A stretch of DNA of 56,812 bases. It comes from Macrostomum lignano (lineage: Eukaryota). Position numbers and translations under genes: made by a program. The notes below the pieces were generated by a model that worked only from the letters and a program-made list of their open reading frames with translations, was not told where the DNA came from and did no database searches. The stretch covers positions 24,335 to 81,146 of the forward strand of contig NIVC01003712.1 in assembly GCA_002269645.1 (NCBI GenBank), given 5' to 3'. Shown here in pieces: positions 1 through 14,400 of this stretch (position 1 is the stretch's first letter; each line of letters starts with the position of its first letter).

Positions 1-3000
1 AATCAGCCCTTAAGGTCAACGGACAAGACGTGGCGAATGGATGAGGTCCTGGGTTCGGTTTCGGTTGACAGCAGCGTCTGCAGCCAATTGAAGAACATCA
101 GCGTCAGATCAGTGATCGAGTGCGCGCTGGAGTGCCGAGGCGCCGACTGCGTCGCTGTCGCTTGGTTCAACGCCGAGTCGCCGCCTCGGTGCCAGCTGCT
201 GACGGTCAGCAGCGATGGCGGCAGCGGCGACTGCATGACGCCGCGGCTGCTGCAGGCCTCGCCGCCGGGCGTGCAGGTGCTTAATAAGCCAGGGATGAGC
301 AGCCTGGTACAGGCCGCCACAGCCCGACAGACGTTCGACGGTGAGAGCTGACACAGGGATTGTGCGGGATCGGAGTGAGCTGACACGGGGATTGTGCGGG
401 ATCGGAGTGAGCTGACACGGGGATTGTGCGGGATCGGAGTGAGCTGACACAGGGATTGTGCGGGATCGGAGTGAGCTGACACAGGGATTGTGCGGGATCG
501 GGGTGAGCTGACACAGGGATTGTGCGGGATCGGGGTGAGCTGACACAGGGATTGTGCGGGATCGGGGTGAGCTGACACAGGGACGGTGCGGGATCGGAGT
601 GAGCTGACACAGGGATTGTGCGGGATCGGAGTGAGCTGACACAGGGATGGTGCGGGATCGGGGTGAGCTCACACAGGGATTGTGTGGGATCGGAGTGAGC
701 TGACACAGGGATTGTGTGGGATCGGAGTGAGCTGACACAGGGATTGTGCGGGATCGGATTGAGCTGACACAGGGATGTTGCGGGATCGGAGTGAGCTGAC
801 ACAGGGATGTTGCGGGATCGGAGTGAGCTGACACAGGGATGTTGCGGGATCGGAGTGAGCTGACACAGGGATGGTGCGGGATCGGAGTGAGCTGACACAG
901 GGATGTTGCGGGATCGGAGTGAGCTGACACAGGGATGTTGCGGGATCGGAGTGAGCTGACACAGGGAATGTGCGGGATCGGAGTGAGCTGACACAGGGAT
1001 TGCGCGGGATCTGGTTGACACAGAGGTAGGTTTTGCCGTAAGCAGACTTTCCGGAACTTCTCGCCTAGCTAATGAAACAGTAAACAGAATATGTTAACAA
1101 GAAAATGACCACAGGACTACAAAAGAAATGTTTGAATTTTTTTACCGAGACAGTCACTGCTGTGGGGCATTCGACTAAGAAATTTTCTTTGCATAAATCC
1201 ATTTCATTAGTCTGTCTATACTTCAAGTACTTTAGTAACTATGCGAAATTTGTGGCAGACAAAATATCAAAGAAGTTCATCATCCAATACTAGACGGATT
1301 ACACTAATAATTAATTGAAGCACCTGTAGGGTTCGTCTAAAGAGTGGCTGTCTGTGCTGCTTGAAGTTCGCTCTAGGGTACGCAAGGCTTTTAGAAATTC
1401 TGGCCTCAGAAACGTTTTTACAGCAATACATACCTATACAATATAGACTTATATGTATGCACCATCTATTTGTATAGGCACAGACTCGCAACAAGTGTGT
1501 ACATCTACCCAGAATTCCTGACTCTCAACAAATTCCAAGATTTAAACGTCCATGTATTGTATTCCAGTCCAGATATCTAGCTTTTCGCGTCCCTGTCTTG
1601 TATTCCAAATATAGAAATCTGGCTCTAGGCGTCCCTAACTTGTATTCCACACCAGATATTCAAGCTTTAGGCGTCCTTGTCTTGTATTCTAGTCCAGATA
1701 TTTAAGCTTTAGGCGTCCTTGTCTTGTATTCTAGTCCATATATTCAAGATTTAGGCGTCCTTGTCTTGTATTCTAGTCCAGATGTTCAAGCTTTAGGCGT
1801 CCTTGTCTTGTATTCTAGTCCAGATATTTAAGCTTTAGGCGTCCTTGTCTTGTATTCTAGTCCATATATTCAAGATTTAGGCGTCCTTGTCTTGTATTCT
1901 AGTCCAGATGTTCAAGCTTTAGGCGTCCTTGTCTTGTATTCTAGTCCAGATATTTAAGCTTTAGGCGTCCTTGTCTTGTATTCTAGTCCAGATATTTAAG
2001 CTTTAGGCGTCCTTGTCCTGTATTCTAGTCCAGATATTTAAGCTTTAGGCGTCCTTGTCTTGTATTCTAATCCAGATGTTCAAGCCTTAGGCGTCCTTGT
2101 CTTGTAATCCAGTCCATATATTCAAGCTTTAGGCGCCCCTGACGTGAATTCCAGTCCAGATAAACGCATGCAGCTCTAGGCGTAAAAATCGCACAAAGAC
2201 GCCTGTTACAATCGCCAACCGTCCAAACCACCGCAGCCACGGGCACAGGCGCCACCGGTGCCATCCAGTCGGCCCAGATCAACGTGACCGGCTGCTACCG
2301 CATTGAGGCCCGAGGCGCCCGCGGCGGCTCCACTTGGATCGGCTTCAACCCCGTCACCATGGGCGGCTACGGGGCCTCCGTGGCCGGTAGCTTCAGCCTG
2401 GCGGCCGGCCTCGCCCTGGCCGTGGTTGTCGGCCAGCGCGGCGGCAACACCTCGCAGGCGAACGACGGAGCCGGCGGTGGCGGTGGAGGCGGCAGCTTCG
2501 TCTACCTGCAGGCCAACGCCAGCCTGCTGGTGGCCGCTGGCGGCGGCGGAGGCGCTGGACGAGCTTACACCGGTATGGGAGTTTGTACTTTTGTGCTAAT
2601 GGGACGGGGTGCAAATTGTACTTTTGTCCTAATGGTTAGGGGTGCAAATTGTACTTTTGTGCTAATGGTTAGGGGTGCAAATTGTACTTTTGTGCTAATG
2701 GTTAGGGGTGTAACTTGTACTTTTGTGCTAATGGGACGGGAGTGCAAATTGTACTTTTGTGCTAATGGTTAGGGGTGCAAATTGTACTTTTGTGCTAATG
2801 GTTAGGGGTGTAACTTGTACTTTTGTGCTAATGGTTAGGGGTGCAAATTGTAATTTCGTGCTAATGTTTAGGGGTGCAAATTGTACTTTTGTGCTAATGG
2901 TTAGGGGTGCAAATTGTAATTTCGTGCTAATGGTTAGGGGTGCAAATTGTACTTTTGTGCTAATGGTTAGGGGTGCAAATTGTACTTTTGTGCTAATGGT

Positions 3001-3837
3001 TAGGGGTGTAACTTGTAATTTTGTGCTAATGGTTAGGGGTGCAAATTGTACTTTTGTGTTAATGGTTAGGGGTGAAAATTGTACTTTTGTGTTAATGGTT
3101 AGGGGTGTAACTTGTACTTTTGTGCTAATGGGACGGGAGTGCAAATTGTACTTTTGTGCTAATGGGACGGGAGTGCAAATTGTAATTTTGTGCTAATGGG
3201 ACGGGAGTGCAAATCGCGCTGGTGTGCTAATGGGAGAGAGTGCAGCAGCGCTATGATGGGGCCAGGTATGTTACGAGTATCAGCTCGTAGGAGATCCAGC
3301 ATCATATGCCTAATTGGTTGCCAGTAATAAGAAAAACTCGGATTTTGGGTGCCAGGCCGCAACGGCCAGGCGGGCCCGAACGGCACCGACTCGTACACTG
3401 AGGACTGGCCGCAGAACAACGGCTTGGGCGGCGCCAACGGCCAGCCGGGCAGTTGGGTGCCCAGCAGCAACACGGAGGGACTGCGCGGCGGCCCCGGCGC
3501 CGGCTGGCTGGCCGCTGCACCGGCCAGGAGCGACACGGCCTACGGAGAGCGGGGCGGCAGCCGCGCCGAGGGCTGGGTTGGCGGAGTCGGCGGCTCCGCC
3601 AACAACCACGCTGTTGGCGGCTTCGGCGGAGGCGGCGGCGGCGGACCGGCTCTGGGCGCCGGGGGAGGCGGCGGAGGCTATAGCGGCGGCGGGGCCGGCA
3701 CCTACTACAAGGTTACTGGCGGCGGCGGCGGCTCTTACTGCGGCGGCTCCGACTGCATGGCCGTCACCGGAGGCAACAATGCCTCGGATTATGGATATGT
3801 TGATGTAAAGCTGCTGGATTTGGGGCCTGCTAGGTAG
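1..3837 (+). CDS. 5'-partial gene: PAN/apple-like domain + ALK/LTK-like glycine-rich domain protein; exons <1-340, 2237-2572, 3356-3837
   Basis: Exon 1 frame has PAN-like Cys spacing (SVRSVIECALECRGADCVAVAWFNAESPPRCQL). GT donors at 341 and 2573 and AG acceptors at 2235-36 and 3354-55 are all phase 1. They join to QTFD-A-TGTGATGAIQSAQINVTGCYRIEARGARGG...VVVGQRGG...GGGGGGGSFV...LLVAAGGGGG...GGFGGGGGGG...GGGGGYSGG...GGGGGSY...GYVDV, the typical ALK/LTK-type Gly-rich signature. Stop TAG ends at 3837. Confidence 0.8.
342..1010. repeat. 32-bp minisatellite (GAGTGAGCTGACACAGGGATTGTGCGGGATCG), ~21 copies, start of intron 1
   Basis: Period 32 read directly (tgtgcggg at 361 and 393). It accounts for the overlapping repeat ORFs on the minus strand. 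Confidence 0.95.
1560..2150. repeat. 42-bp minisatellite (AGGCGTCCTTGTCTTGTATTCTAGTCCAGATATTTAAGCTTT), ~14 copies, end of intron 1
   Basis: Period 42 (cttgtatt at 1681 and 1723), with degenerate edges. Confidence 0.95.
2581..3201. repeat. 33-bp minisatellite (GGTGCAAATTGTACTTTTGTGCTAATGGTTAGG), ~19 copies, intron 2
   Basis: Period 33 (ggtgcaa at 2641 and 2674). Translates as the 11-aa repeat VLMVRGANCTF. Confidence 0.95.
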
Positions 3838-3914
3838 CAGTGGGAGAGTAGATAGGGTTGAGTTGCTAGGGAGATCGGTAGGGATCGAGTAGGGGTTTAG
3901 ATAAGGAGAAGTAG

Positions 3915-4330
3915 CTAGTGGAGAGTAGTTAGGGGAGAGTAGCTAGGGGAGAGTAGCTAGGGGAGAGTAGCTAGGGGAGAGTAGTTAGGGAGAGTAGTTA
4001 GGAGAGAGTAGCTAGGGGAGAGTAGCTAGGGGAGAGTAGTTAGGGGAGAGTAGTTAGGGGAGAGTAGCTAGGGAGAGTAGTTAGGGGAGAGTAGTTAGGG
4101 GAGAGTAGTTAGGGAAGAGTAGCTAGGGGAGAGTAGTTAGGGGAGAGTAGTTAGGGGAGAGTAGCTAGGGGAGAGTAGTTAGGGGAGAGTAGTTAGGGGA
4201 GAGTAGCTAGGGGAGAGTAGTTAGGGGAGAGTAGTTAGGGGAGAGTAGCTAGGGGAGAGTAGCTAGGGGAGAGTAGCTAGGGGAGAGTAGCTAGGAGAGA
4301 GTAGCTAGGGGAGAGTAGCTAGGTGAGAGT
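3915..4330. repeat. 14-bp purine-rich tandem repeat GGGGAGAGTAG(T/C)TA
   Basis: Direct inspection, downstream of the stop codon of the first gene. Confidence 0.9.
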
Positions 4331-4429
4331 AGTTAGGAGAAGTGGAGAGTAGTTGGGTGAGTAGTAAGGGGAGTGTAGATAGGGGTGTAGATAAGGAAGA
4401 GTAACCTAGGAGAGAGTAGCTAGGGGAGG

Positions 4430-5266
4430 GCAGCTGTGGAGAGTCATGGAGAGGAGAGCAGCTGGGAGAGTCATGGAGAGGAGAGCAGCTGGGAGAGTCA
4501 TGGAGAGGAGAGCAGCTGGGAAAGTCATGGAGAGGAGAGCAGCTGGGAGAGTCATGGGGAGGAGAGCAGCTGGGAGAGTCATGGGGAGGAGAGCAGCTGG
4601 GAGAGTCATGGAGAGGAGAGCAGCTGGGAGAGTCATGGAGAGGAGAGCAGCTGGGAGAGTCATGGAGAGGAGAGTAGCTGGGAGAGTCATGGGGAGGAGA
4701 GTAGCTGGGAGACTCATGGAGAGGAGAGCAGCTGTGGGGAGTCATGGAGAGGAGAGCAGCTGGGAGAGTCATGGAGAGGAGAGCAGCTGGGAAAGTCATA
4801 GAGAGGAGAGCAGCTGGGAGAGTCATGGAGAGGAGAGCAGCTGGGAGAGTCATGGGGAGGAGAGTAGCTGGGAGACTCATGGAGAGGAGAGCAGCTGTGG
4901 GGAGTCATGGAGAGGAGAGCAGCTGGGAGAGTCATGGAGAGGAGAGCAGCTGGGAGAGTCATGGAGAGGAGAGCAGCTGGGAGAGTCATGGAGAGGAGAG
5001 CAGCTGGGAAAGTCATGGAGAGGAGAGCAGCTGGGAGAGTCATGGGGAGGAGAGCAGCTGGGAGAGTCATGGGGAGGAGAGCAGCTGGGAGAGTCATGGA
5101 GAGGAGAGCAGCTGGGAGAGTCATGGAGAGGAGAGCAGCTGGGAGAGTCATGGGGAGGAGAGTAGCTGGGAGACTCATGGAGAGGAGAGCAGCTGTGGGG
5201 AGTCATGGAGAGGAGAGCAGCTGGGAGAGTCATGGAGAGGAGAGCAGCTGGGAGAGTCATGGAGAG
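4430..5266. repeat. 27-bp minisatellite (GAGTCATGGAGAGGAGAGCAGCTGGGA), ~31 copies
   Basis: Period 27 (gagtca at 4441 and 4468). Gives the ESHGEESSW and MERRAAGRV repeat ORFs. Confidence 0.95.
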
Positions 5267-5936
5267 GACGTAAACATTAACTTTGAAGATGTAATGATTG
5301 AGAATTTTTTCACTTTTAAACAGACCTAACATAGGTAAACAGAAGAATTTTAAACAGATAAAGTCCTTTTCTGTTTCGTTTTTTCCAAAACTCGTAGCTA
5401 GCGACACGTTTTACAGAGCCCCCGAAATACTATTTGCTGTTGTATTTTCTGCATATTTATTTGCTATACGAGCTAGTAGGAGCCCCGCTATCTGTCAGAC
5501 ATTTTAATCGAAAACATTTTACACTCTGTTAGAACTCTTTAATTATATACTCGTGGAATTTTTTTTAAACGGTTGAAGCAATACTCGTATTTAATTGCCC
5601 TTTATTGCAAAGTCCTATTTGAACTGTTACGAGCGTAAATCTGCGATAAAATATACTCGTAAAACATTTACGGTAAATCTGAATTGACAAACTGCTGAAT
5701 AATAACCGCAAACAGACTTAATCAGTCAGCTTTTTACTTTGGTAAATATTTCTTCTTGCACTCGTGCTGTTACCATGGTAACAGATTGTTATCTGGACCA
5801 AACTTAATGAGCCCACACACCTATGCGCATCTGCTAGAATGCAAACAACTTCAGGGAACAATGAGCTGCATGACAATCTCAATGCGGGAAAAGCACTTCT
5901 CTGCCATTTATAGATGTATGCATGGATTCTGCGCTT

Positions 5937-6620
5937 CAGAACTCCGACACTTCATATCTCCGACACTTCATATCTCCGACACTTCATATCTCCGACACTT
6001 CATATCTCCGACACTTCATATCTCCGACACTTCATATCTCCGACACTTCATATCTCCGACACTTCATATCTCGACACTTCATATCTCCGACACTTCAGAA
6101 CTCCGACACTTCATATCTCCGACACTTCATATCTCCGACACTTCATATCTCCGACACTTCATATCTCCGACACTTCATATCTCCGACACTTCATATCTCC
6201 GACACTTCATATCTCCGACACTTCATATCTCCGACACTTCATATCTCCGACACTTCATATCTCCGACACTTCAGAACTCCGACACTTCATATCTCCGACA
6301 CTTCATATCTCCGACACTTCATATCTCCGACACTTCATATCTCCGACACTTCATAGCTCTGACACTTCATATCTCCGACACTTCATATCTCCGACACTTC
6401 ATATCTCCGACACTTCATATCTCCGACACTTCATATCTCCGACACTTCATATCTCCGACACTTCATATCTCCGACACTTCATATCTCCGACACTTCATAA
6501 TTCCGACACTTCACTTCTCCGACACTTCATATCTCCGACACTTCATATCTCCGACACTTCATATCTCCGACACTTCATATCTCCGACACTTCATATCTCC
6601 GACACTTCATATCTCCGACC
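5937..6620. repeat. 16-bp minisatellite (CTCCGACACTTCATAT), ~42 copies
   Basis: Period 16. All three frames show the same 16-aa repeat (3 x 16 nt). Confidence 0.95.
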
Positions 6621-8618
6621 CTTACTCCAATACTCCAGCCATAGCATTTCAGCAATTCTCCATAGCCTTGAAATGTCAGCAAATCACTGCATGAGCTTTG
6701 ACGTCTCAGAAATCCCACATGAGTCTTTATTGTTTCACAGGGCGATTATTCTATGGTTTAACCCTAACCCGAACAACATGCGTGAACTTTGACATCTTAG
6801 CTATCTCCCATGAGCATTGCATCACAAGCAATTTCCTCCGTAAGCCTTGACATCTCTGCAATTAGCCACAGCATCTCAGCAATTCCCCAATGAGTCTTTT
6901 ACGCTTGACAGGGCGATTCTTTCATGATTGAATCCAAACCCAACCCAATGAGCCACAGCGCCTTTACATCTTAAAAAAATTTCCTTTATGAGCCTTCACC
7001 TTTCAGTAATTCACGCTATGAATCTTTTGTGATTGACACGGCGATTCTTTAATAATTGAACCCTAACCCGAGCACTAAGCCTGCCGAGTCACAGCATTTC
7101 AGAAATTCCCCCTGAGCCCAAGAATTTTTGCAATTCCTCGATGCGCCACGACAACTCAGCAATTGAGCCCCTCTCGGAGCTGCCTTCAGTAATGGTCAGC
7201 GTATTAGCGGATAGCACAATCCACATCTAGCAGCTTGTGTGCCTGCACAGGGGAGTCGGCGGAATGGGCAGCAATGCCTCTCGCCGGTTGTGCGACAATG
7301 TCGCTTAAAGTGCGCCAGGGTGCACACAGCCACAGCTCAGGTCTCTAATAAAAATTGGTGGCAGAGAACTCTTCATAGACAAGGCAATTTACACGCAATT
7401 AATTACAAGGATCGTTTAAACTGTTTAAGAAATCATATTAGAGATAAAAATGACCTTCCTAGATCTTGGTAGCTCAAATCAGCTGCATTCATAGCTTGTT
7501 TGATCGCTACCAAGACGATATAAGTCGCCTTTTCTGCATTGGAAAACATTTGAAAAGTTCCTGCAAAGGTTCGCTTTTGTGAAATGAAATCACACCTTCG
7601 CCATAATTAAGCAAACTGTATACCCAATATCAATTTTTGTATTTCACCAACAGCCAGATGTTTGTCGATTCCCACACTCAAAATTTACTTTGTAGAACCT
7701 GATCTGTATACTGCAGTTGACGCCAACGCCAATGCAGCTTTTACCTGATGTAGAGAAATCTGTGCACATTTTTGTTAGAGCAATTTATTCCCTATCTAAA
7801 CCTAGGATAGGTTCCATTATTTGAACGATATTCAGATCCCATGTAGCAGATCCTAAGTCTACATGTAGCAGCAGCTACTTTACTTGTGAGAGTTGACATC
7901 CGGCATTGGGTTGGTGCGGCATGCAAACATTTATCTTGGTAACTGCCGACTCTGCGAAATGCTGTGGCTCATTGGGGAGGGGAGCATCATCATAGGGAAA
8001 ACATCATTCCCCCTAAGATACCAACAATGCAAATGTACAGGATCATAAGGGAATTTCTAAACTGCTTGGCTCATGGAGGGTTGCTCAGATACTTTGAGTC
8101 AAAGCTGATAGAGGAGGTCACCTACGTGATGTTTATTCAAACATTTTTTTTGTTACCTCATCAATGGCGCAAATTGCTAGTTTAGTGCTAGGCTAAAAAT
8201 AAACCAGAGTGTATTATAAACCTAGAGAATTCTTAATAAAATTATACTCGGCGAAACAAAATTGATCAAGCTACGTGAAGAATAGTACAAAGCGGGTTAA
8301 ATTTCATTAAAATTTCCCCGCGATCCGCTCCACTAATTAAACTAATTTATTCATTTATTTAGATGACAAGCAATCAATGAAATCCATTAGATTTTGAATA
8401 AGAAATCTCTGACTATAACAAATTTACAGCGCAGCAAAGTTATACTGAAATAGAATTGTGGCAACAGTTTTAAAAAAATCGAACTGGAATTTCAACAGAG
8501 AGTGCTTAATTTGCTTTTGAGTATAACAATCATATCCGATGTATTTGATACACTGAACTAACAATTATGCATGCAATTGGCGTGGCCAGAATGTTCAAGG
8601 TGCTACAGTGACTTGAGG

Positions 8619-10558
8619 TCAGACAAATGGATTTAGATTTGTCAAATTTATCTCCTCAATGAAGGGATCGAGAAATGATTGACTGCTCAGCAGGCCTGTG
8701 GTGAGGACGATGTAGTCAGCTGGGACTGCAATGGGGTTGGGGCGGAGTCGGCATAGCAAACTCTGCGATCTGCTGGGGATGGCATTGCGGATGGCGGATG
8801 GGGGATGGGGAAGGGAAGCGGATGGGGGATGGGAAAGGGAAGCGGATGGGGATGGGGAAGGGAAGTGGATGGGGGATGGGGAAGGGAAGCGGATGGGGGA
8901 TGGGAGATGGGAAGGGAAGCGGATGGGAGATGGGGAATGGAAGCGGATGGGGTATGGGGAAGCGAAGCGGATGGGGAAGGGAAGCGGATGGGGTATGGGG
9001 AAGGGAAGCGGATGGGGGATGGGGAAGGGAAGCGGATGGGGGATGGGGAAGGGAAGCGGATGGGGATGGGGAAGGGAAGCGGATTGGGATGGGGAAGGGA
9101 AGCGGATGGGAGATGGGGAAGGGAAGCGGATGGGGGATGGAGAAGGCAGGCGGATGGGGGATGGGGAAGGGAAGCGGATGGGGATGGGGAAGGGAAGCGG
9201 ATGGGGGATGGGGAAGGGAAGCGGATTGGGATGGGGAAGGGAAGCGGATGGGGGATGGGGAAGGGAAGCGGATGGGGGTGGGGAAGGGAAGTGGATGGGG
9301 GATGGGGAAGGGAAGCGGATTGGGATGGGGAAGGGAAGCGGATGGGAGATGGAGAAGGGAAGCGGATGGGGGATGGGGAAGGGAAGCGGATGGGAGATGG
9401 AGAAGGGAAGCGGATGGGGGATGGGGAAGGGAAGCGGATTGGGATGGGGAAGGGAAGCGGATGGGGGATGGGGAAGGGAAGCGGATGGGGGATGGGGAAG
9501 GGAAGCGGATGGGGGGTGGGGAAGGGAAGTGGATGGGGGATGGAGAAGGCAGGCGGATGGGAAAGGCAGGCGAGTGGGGAAGGCAGGCGGATGGGGAATG
9601 CAGACGGATGGGGAATGCAGGCGGATGCGAGAGAACACAAGCAGGTACATGTACAAAAACCAGGTAGCAGCGTATAGACAGGCAACTCACAATCGTCCGA
9701 TTGGGACAGGAAGCGAAGCGCGCTGATTTCAGAATAGGTGGCGCCCCCCACAAATACAACGAGGTTGTGCTTGGTGTCCGCCGAGTACACGGGCGGGACA
9801 GGGCCGTCTGCGGAGAGAATTGGAGTTATAAACAAGTTTGGGATAACATCCTGGTCATAACCCCGAAGGATACTGGTCATAAACTCCAAGGAAATGGGTG
9901 TCTCATACTGGTCATAAACTCCAAGGAAATGGGTGTCTCATACCGGTCATAAACTCCAAGGAAATGGGTGTCTCATACTGGTCATAAACTCTAAGGAAAT
10001 GGGTGTCTCATACTGGTCATAAACTCCAAGGAAATGGGTGTCTCATACTGGTCATAAACTCCAAGGAAATGGGTGTCTCATACCGGTCATAAACTCTAAG
10101 AAAATGGGTGTCTCATACTGGTCATAAACTCTAAGAAATGGTGCGTCAGCCTTACAAGTGCAAGAATTGCCCAGTAAAGTGCATTTACCTTCCCCCTCCT
10201 CACCCTGCCGCAGCCCCTTGACCTTCTGAATGGCTTCATGGACCGGGCCGCCCGGCAGGAAGTCCAAGGCGTCGCGGATGCCCCGCCAGCCAGGCTGCGA
10301 GAATTTCTGCACCAGTCGGGCGCTGATTGGCGCGTAGCCGCTCGTCACGTAGTGAAAATCCGCTGGCGCCTCTTCGCTGAGCTGCTCCGGGCACAGGCTG
10401 AGCGTAGTTTTAATGGCCGAGTAGTGATTCCTGGCGCCCGGCTTCTGCTCGGCAATGAGGCCGGCTTTGACCAGATTGCACCACGTGACCAGCTTGTCGG
10501 CTCCGTACGCCTGCGTTTGAAGACAGCCATGCTCTTGATTTTCATAGAAATATAGTAT

Positions 10559-10593
<35 letters not shown>

Positions 10594-10646
10594 TAGACAA
10601 ACAGACAGACAGGCAGACAGACAGACACAGACAGACAGACACAGGG

Positions 10647-10711
<65 letters not shown>

Positions 10712-10744
10712 CAGGGAGACAGACAGACAGACAGACAGACACTC

Positions 10745-10805
<61 letters not shown>

Positions 10806-10808
10806 CTC

Positions 10809-10877
<69 letters not shown>

Positions 10878-10880
10878 CTC

Positions 10881-10957
<77 letters not shown>

Positions 10958-10960
10958 CTC

Positions 10961-11021
<61 letters not shown>

Positions 11022-11056
11022 CTCAGACAGACAGACAGACAGACAGACAGACACTC

Positions 11057-11121
<65 letters not shown>

Positions 11122-11124
11122 CTC

Positions 11125-11181
<57 letters not shown>

Positions 11182-11184
11182 CTC

Positions 11185-11241
<57 letters not shown>

Positions 11242-11358
11242 CTCAGACAGACAGACAGACAGACACAGGGAGACAGACAGACAGACAGACAGACACTCAG
11301 ACAGACAGACAGACAGACAGACAGACACTCAGACAGACAGACAGACAGACAGACACTC

Positions 11359-11399
<41 letters not shown>

Positions 11400-11402
11400 C
11401 TC

Positions 11403-11451
<49 letters not shown>

Positions 11452-14400
11452 CAGACAGACAGACAGACAGACAGACACAGACACTCAGACAGACACAGCT
11501 GAGCCCAGGAGACCGCAGCCCACCTGAGCAATATCCCGCATGTACTGCTGGGCCAGTTTGGGCTTGAGGCCGCCATTGCAGAATGACTGAATGCAGATGA
11601 GCCGCAGCACGTCCGGCAGGGGGCCCTCGCGGGCGATCAGCGACTCGATGAACGGGTTGGCCCGGTCAGTCTCGTAGCCGTGTACCAGCTCGTGCTGGCA
11701 TTCGTACAGGTCCATGTATTCGTCGCTTTCCGTGTGCGCTTTGACCTTCTCTGTCACTGTGGTGAACACCGCCAATGAGTTTTTGGCGGCCTGCATGTGC
11801 GGCAGCTTGCTGACGATCTTCTTTAGCTCGGCTACTGTGGTCGCTTGGTGGCGCTCCTGGTTGAGAAGGGTTGGGAAATGAGGAACCAAGTGCTTTTGCG
11901 CAGGGGAATTCGGTGCTTTTGCAGGGGAATTCGGTGCTTTTGCGCAGGGGAATTCGGTGCTTTTTCGCAGGGGAATTCGGTGATTTTTGCAAGCGGGGAA
12001 TTCGGTGCCTTTGCAAAGGGGAATTTCATTTAGTACAGGATGGAATTCGATAACTTTGTCCAGGGGAATTTAGCAATTCTGTACCGGGGCAATTTAGTTC
12101 TTATAATATGTTGGCAATTTGGGAATTTAATAGCTTCTCTGTCTACTTTCAATAGACACAAGCTGACAACTATAACCGCTCACGTCAAACTGAGCTGAAA
12201 TGTTCCTAGCGAACTTGCTCAGCAGCTTGCCAATCGCGTTGATGTGCCGGTCTCTCAGATCGGCGAATACCTCGTCGGCGGAATTCAGAGCCACCTTGCG
12301 CTCCTCGACATCGTTGTCACGAGGGATGCTGACAACGATTCTAGCTGGAAGCGAACAGAGTGCACCATGTACTGTCACCAAACAGGTCAGCGACAGTCGA
12401 TTTTTCTCAAGACGGTTCTACATCAGCATCCCCTTTCTATCATACATCCCAGCATCATCTATCTCCATTATCCATCCCAGCATCCCTTCTCATCCATCCC
12501 AGCATCCCCTCTTCATCATCCATCCTAGCACCATCCTCTCCACCATCCATCCCAGCATCCCTATCCTTTATCCATCCCAACATCCCCTCTCCTTCATCCA
12601 TCACAGCATCCATTCTCCTTTATATATCCCAACATCCCTCTCCTTTATCCATCCCAAAATCCCCTCTCCATCATCCATCCCAGCGTCCACTCCCCTCACC
12701 CATCCCAGCATCCCAATCTCCTTCATCCAGTCAGCCTCAAACTCAAACGCAACTTACTATATTTGGGGCGGTAGACCTCTTCAATGAGTCCCTCAAAGTT
12801 AAGCTGCGGCACCAGCGGAGTGAGCGGGTCGCAGCTGCGATCAATGATGATCAGGTTGTCAATCTGGGGCGCAATAGCCGCTGTGTCTTCCAAGTCGTAT
12901 TCTTGGCGCATGCGGATTATGTTGTCGCAGACTCGCTGCAGAAAATACGGTTTTAAAACCGTTTGGAACTAAAGTTCTTCTTCGATGTAAGATTTTCCTT
13001 AGCCTATATGTATCAGACTGGACAGGCAGACACTACTCCATCAGATGCCACATCTATCAGACTGGACAGGCAGACACTACTCCATCAGATGCCTCATCTA
13101 TCAGACTGGACAGACAGACACTACTGCATCAGGTGCCACATCTATCAGACTGGATAGACAGACACTACTGCATCAGGTGCCACATCTATCAGACTGGACA
13201 GACAGACACTACTGCATCAGATGCCACATCTATCAGACTGGACAGACAGACACTACTGCATCAGATGCCACATCTATCAGACTGGACAGACAGACACTAC
13301 TGCATCAGGTGCCTCATCTATCAGACTGGACAGACAGACACTACTGCATCAGGTGCCACATCTATCAGACTGGATAGACAGACACTACTGCATCAGGTGC
13401 CACATCTATCAGACTGGACAGACAGACACTACTGCATCAGGTGCCTCATCTATCAGACTGGATAGACAGACACTACTGCATCAGGTGCCACATCTATCAG
13501 ACTGGACAGACAGACACTACTGCATCAGATGCCACATCTATCAGACTGGACAGGCAGACACTACTGCATCAGGTGCCACATCTATCAGACTGGACAGACA
13601 GACACTACTGCATCAGATGCCACATCTATCAGACTGGACAGACAGACACTACTGCATCAGGTGCCTCATCTATCAGACTGGACAGACAGACACTACTGCA
13701 TCAGGTGCCACATCTATCAGACTGGATAGACAGACACTACTGCATCAGGTGCCACATCTATCAGACTGGACAGACAGACACTACTGCATCAGATGCCACA
13801 TCTATCAGACTGGACAGACAGACACTACTGCATCAGATGCCACATCTATCAGACTGGACAGACAGACACTACTGCATCAGGTGCCTCATCTATCAGACTG
13901 GATAGACAGACACTACTGCATCAGGTGCCACATCTATCAGACTGGACAGACAGATACTACTGCATCAGATGCCACATCTATCAGACTGGACAGGCAGACA
14001 CTACTGCATCAGGTGCCACATCTATCAGACTGGACAGACAGACACTACTGCATCAGGTGCCTCATCTATCAGACTGGATAGACAGACACTACTGCATCAG
14101 GTGCCACATCTATCAGACTGGATAGACAGACACTACTGCATCAGGTGCCTCATCTATCAGACTGGATAGACAGACACTACTGCATCAGATGCCACATCTA
14201 TCAGACTGGACAGACAGACACTACTGCATCAGATTCCACATCTATCAGACTGGACAGACAGACACTACTGCATCAGGTGCCACATCTATCAGACTGGACA
14301 GACAGACACTACTGCATCAGATGCCACATCTATCAGACTGGACAGACAGACACTACTGCATCAGATTCCACATCTATCAGACTGGACAGACAGACACTAC

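Noticed and set aside
2581-4330. TTAGGG hexamers as telomeric repeats
   Set aside because: They are single hexamers inside 33-bp and 14-bp units, not tandem (TTAGGG)n.
7239-8185. Small ORFs of 73-77 aa between the 16-bp array and VPS33A
   Set aside because: No homology motifs or consistent splice signals were recognised.
4305-11576. Repeat ORFs ([37 protein letters not shown])
   Set aside because: These are translations of minisatellites and microsatellites, open in several frames, with no supporting splice context.
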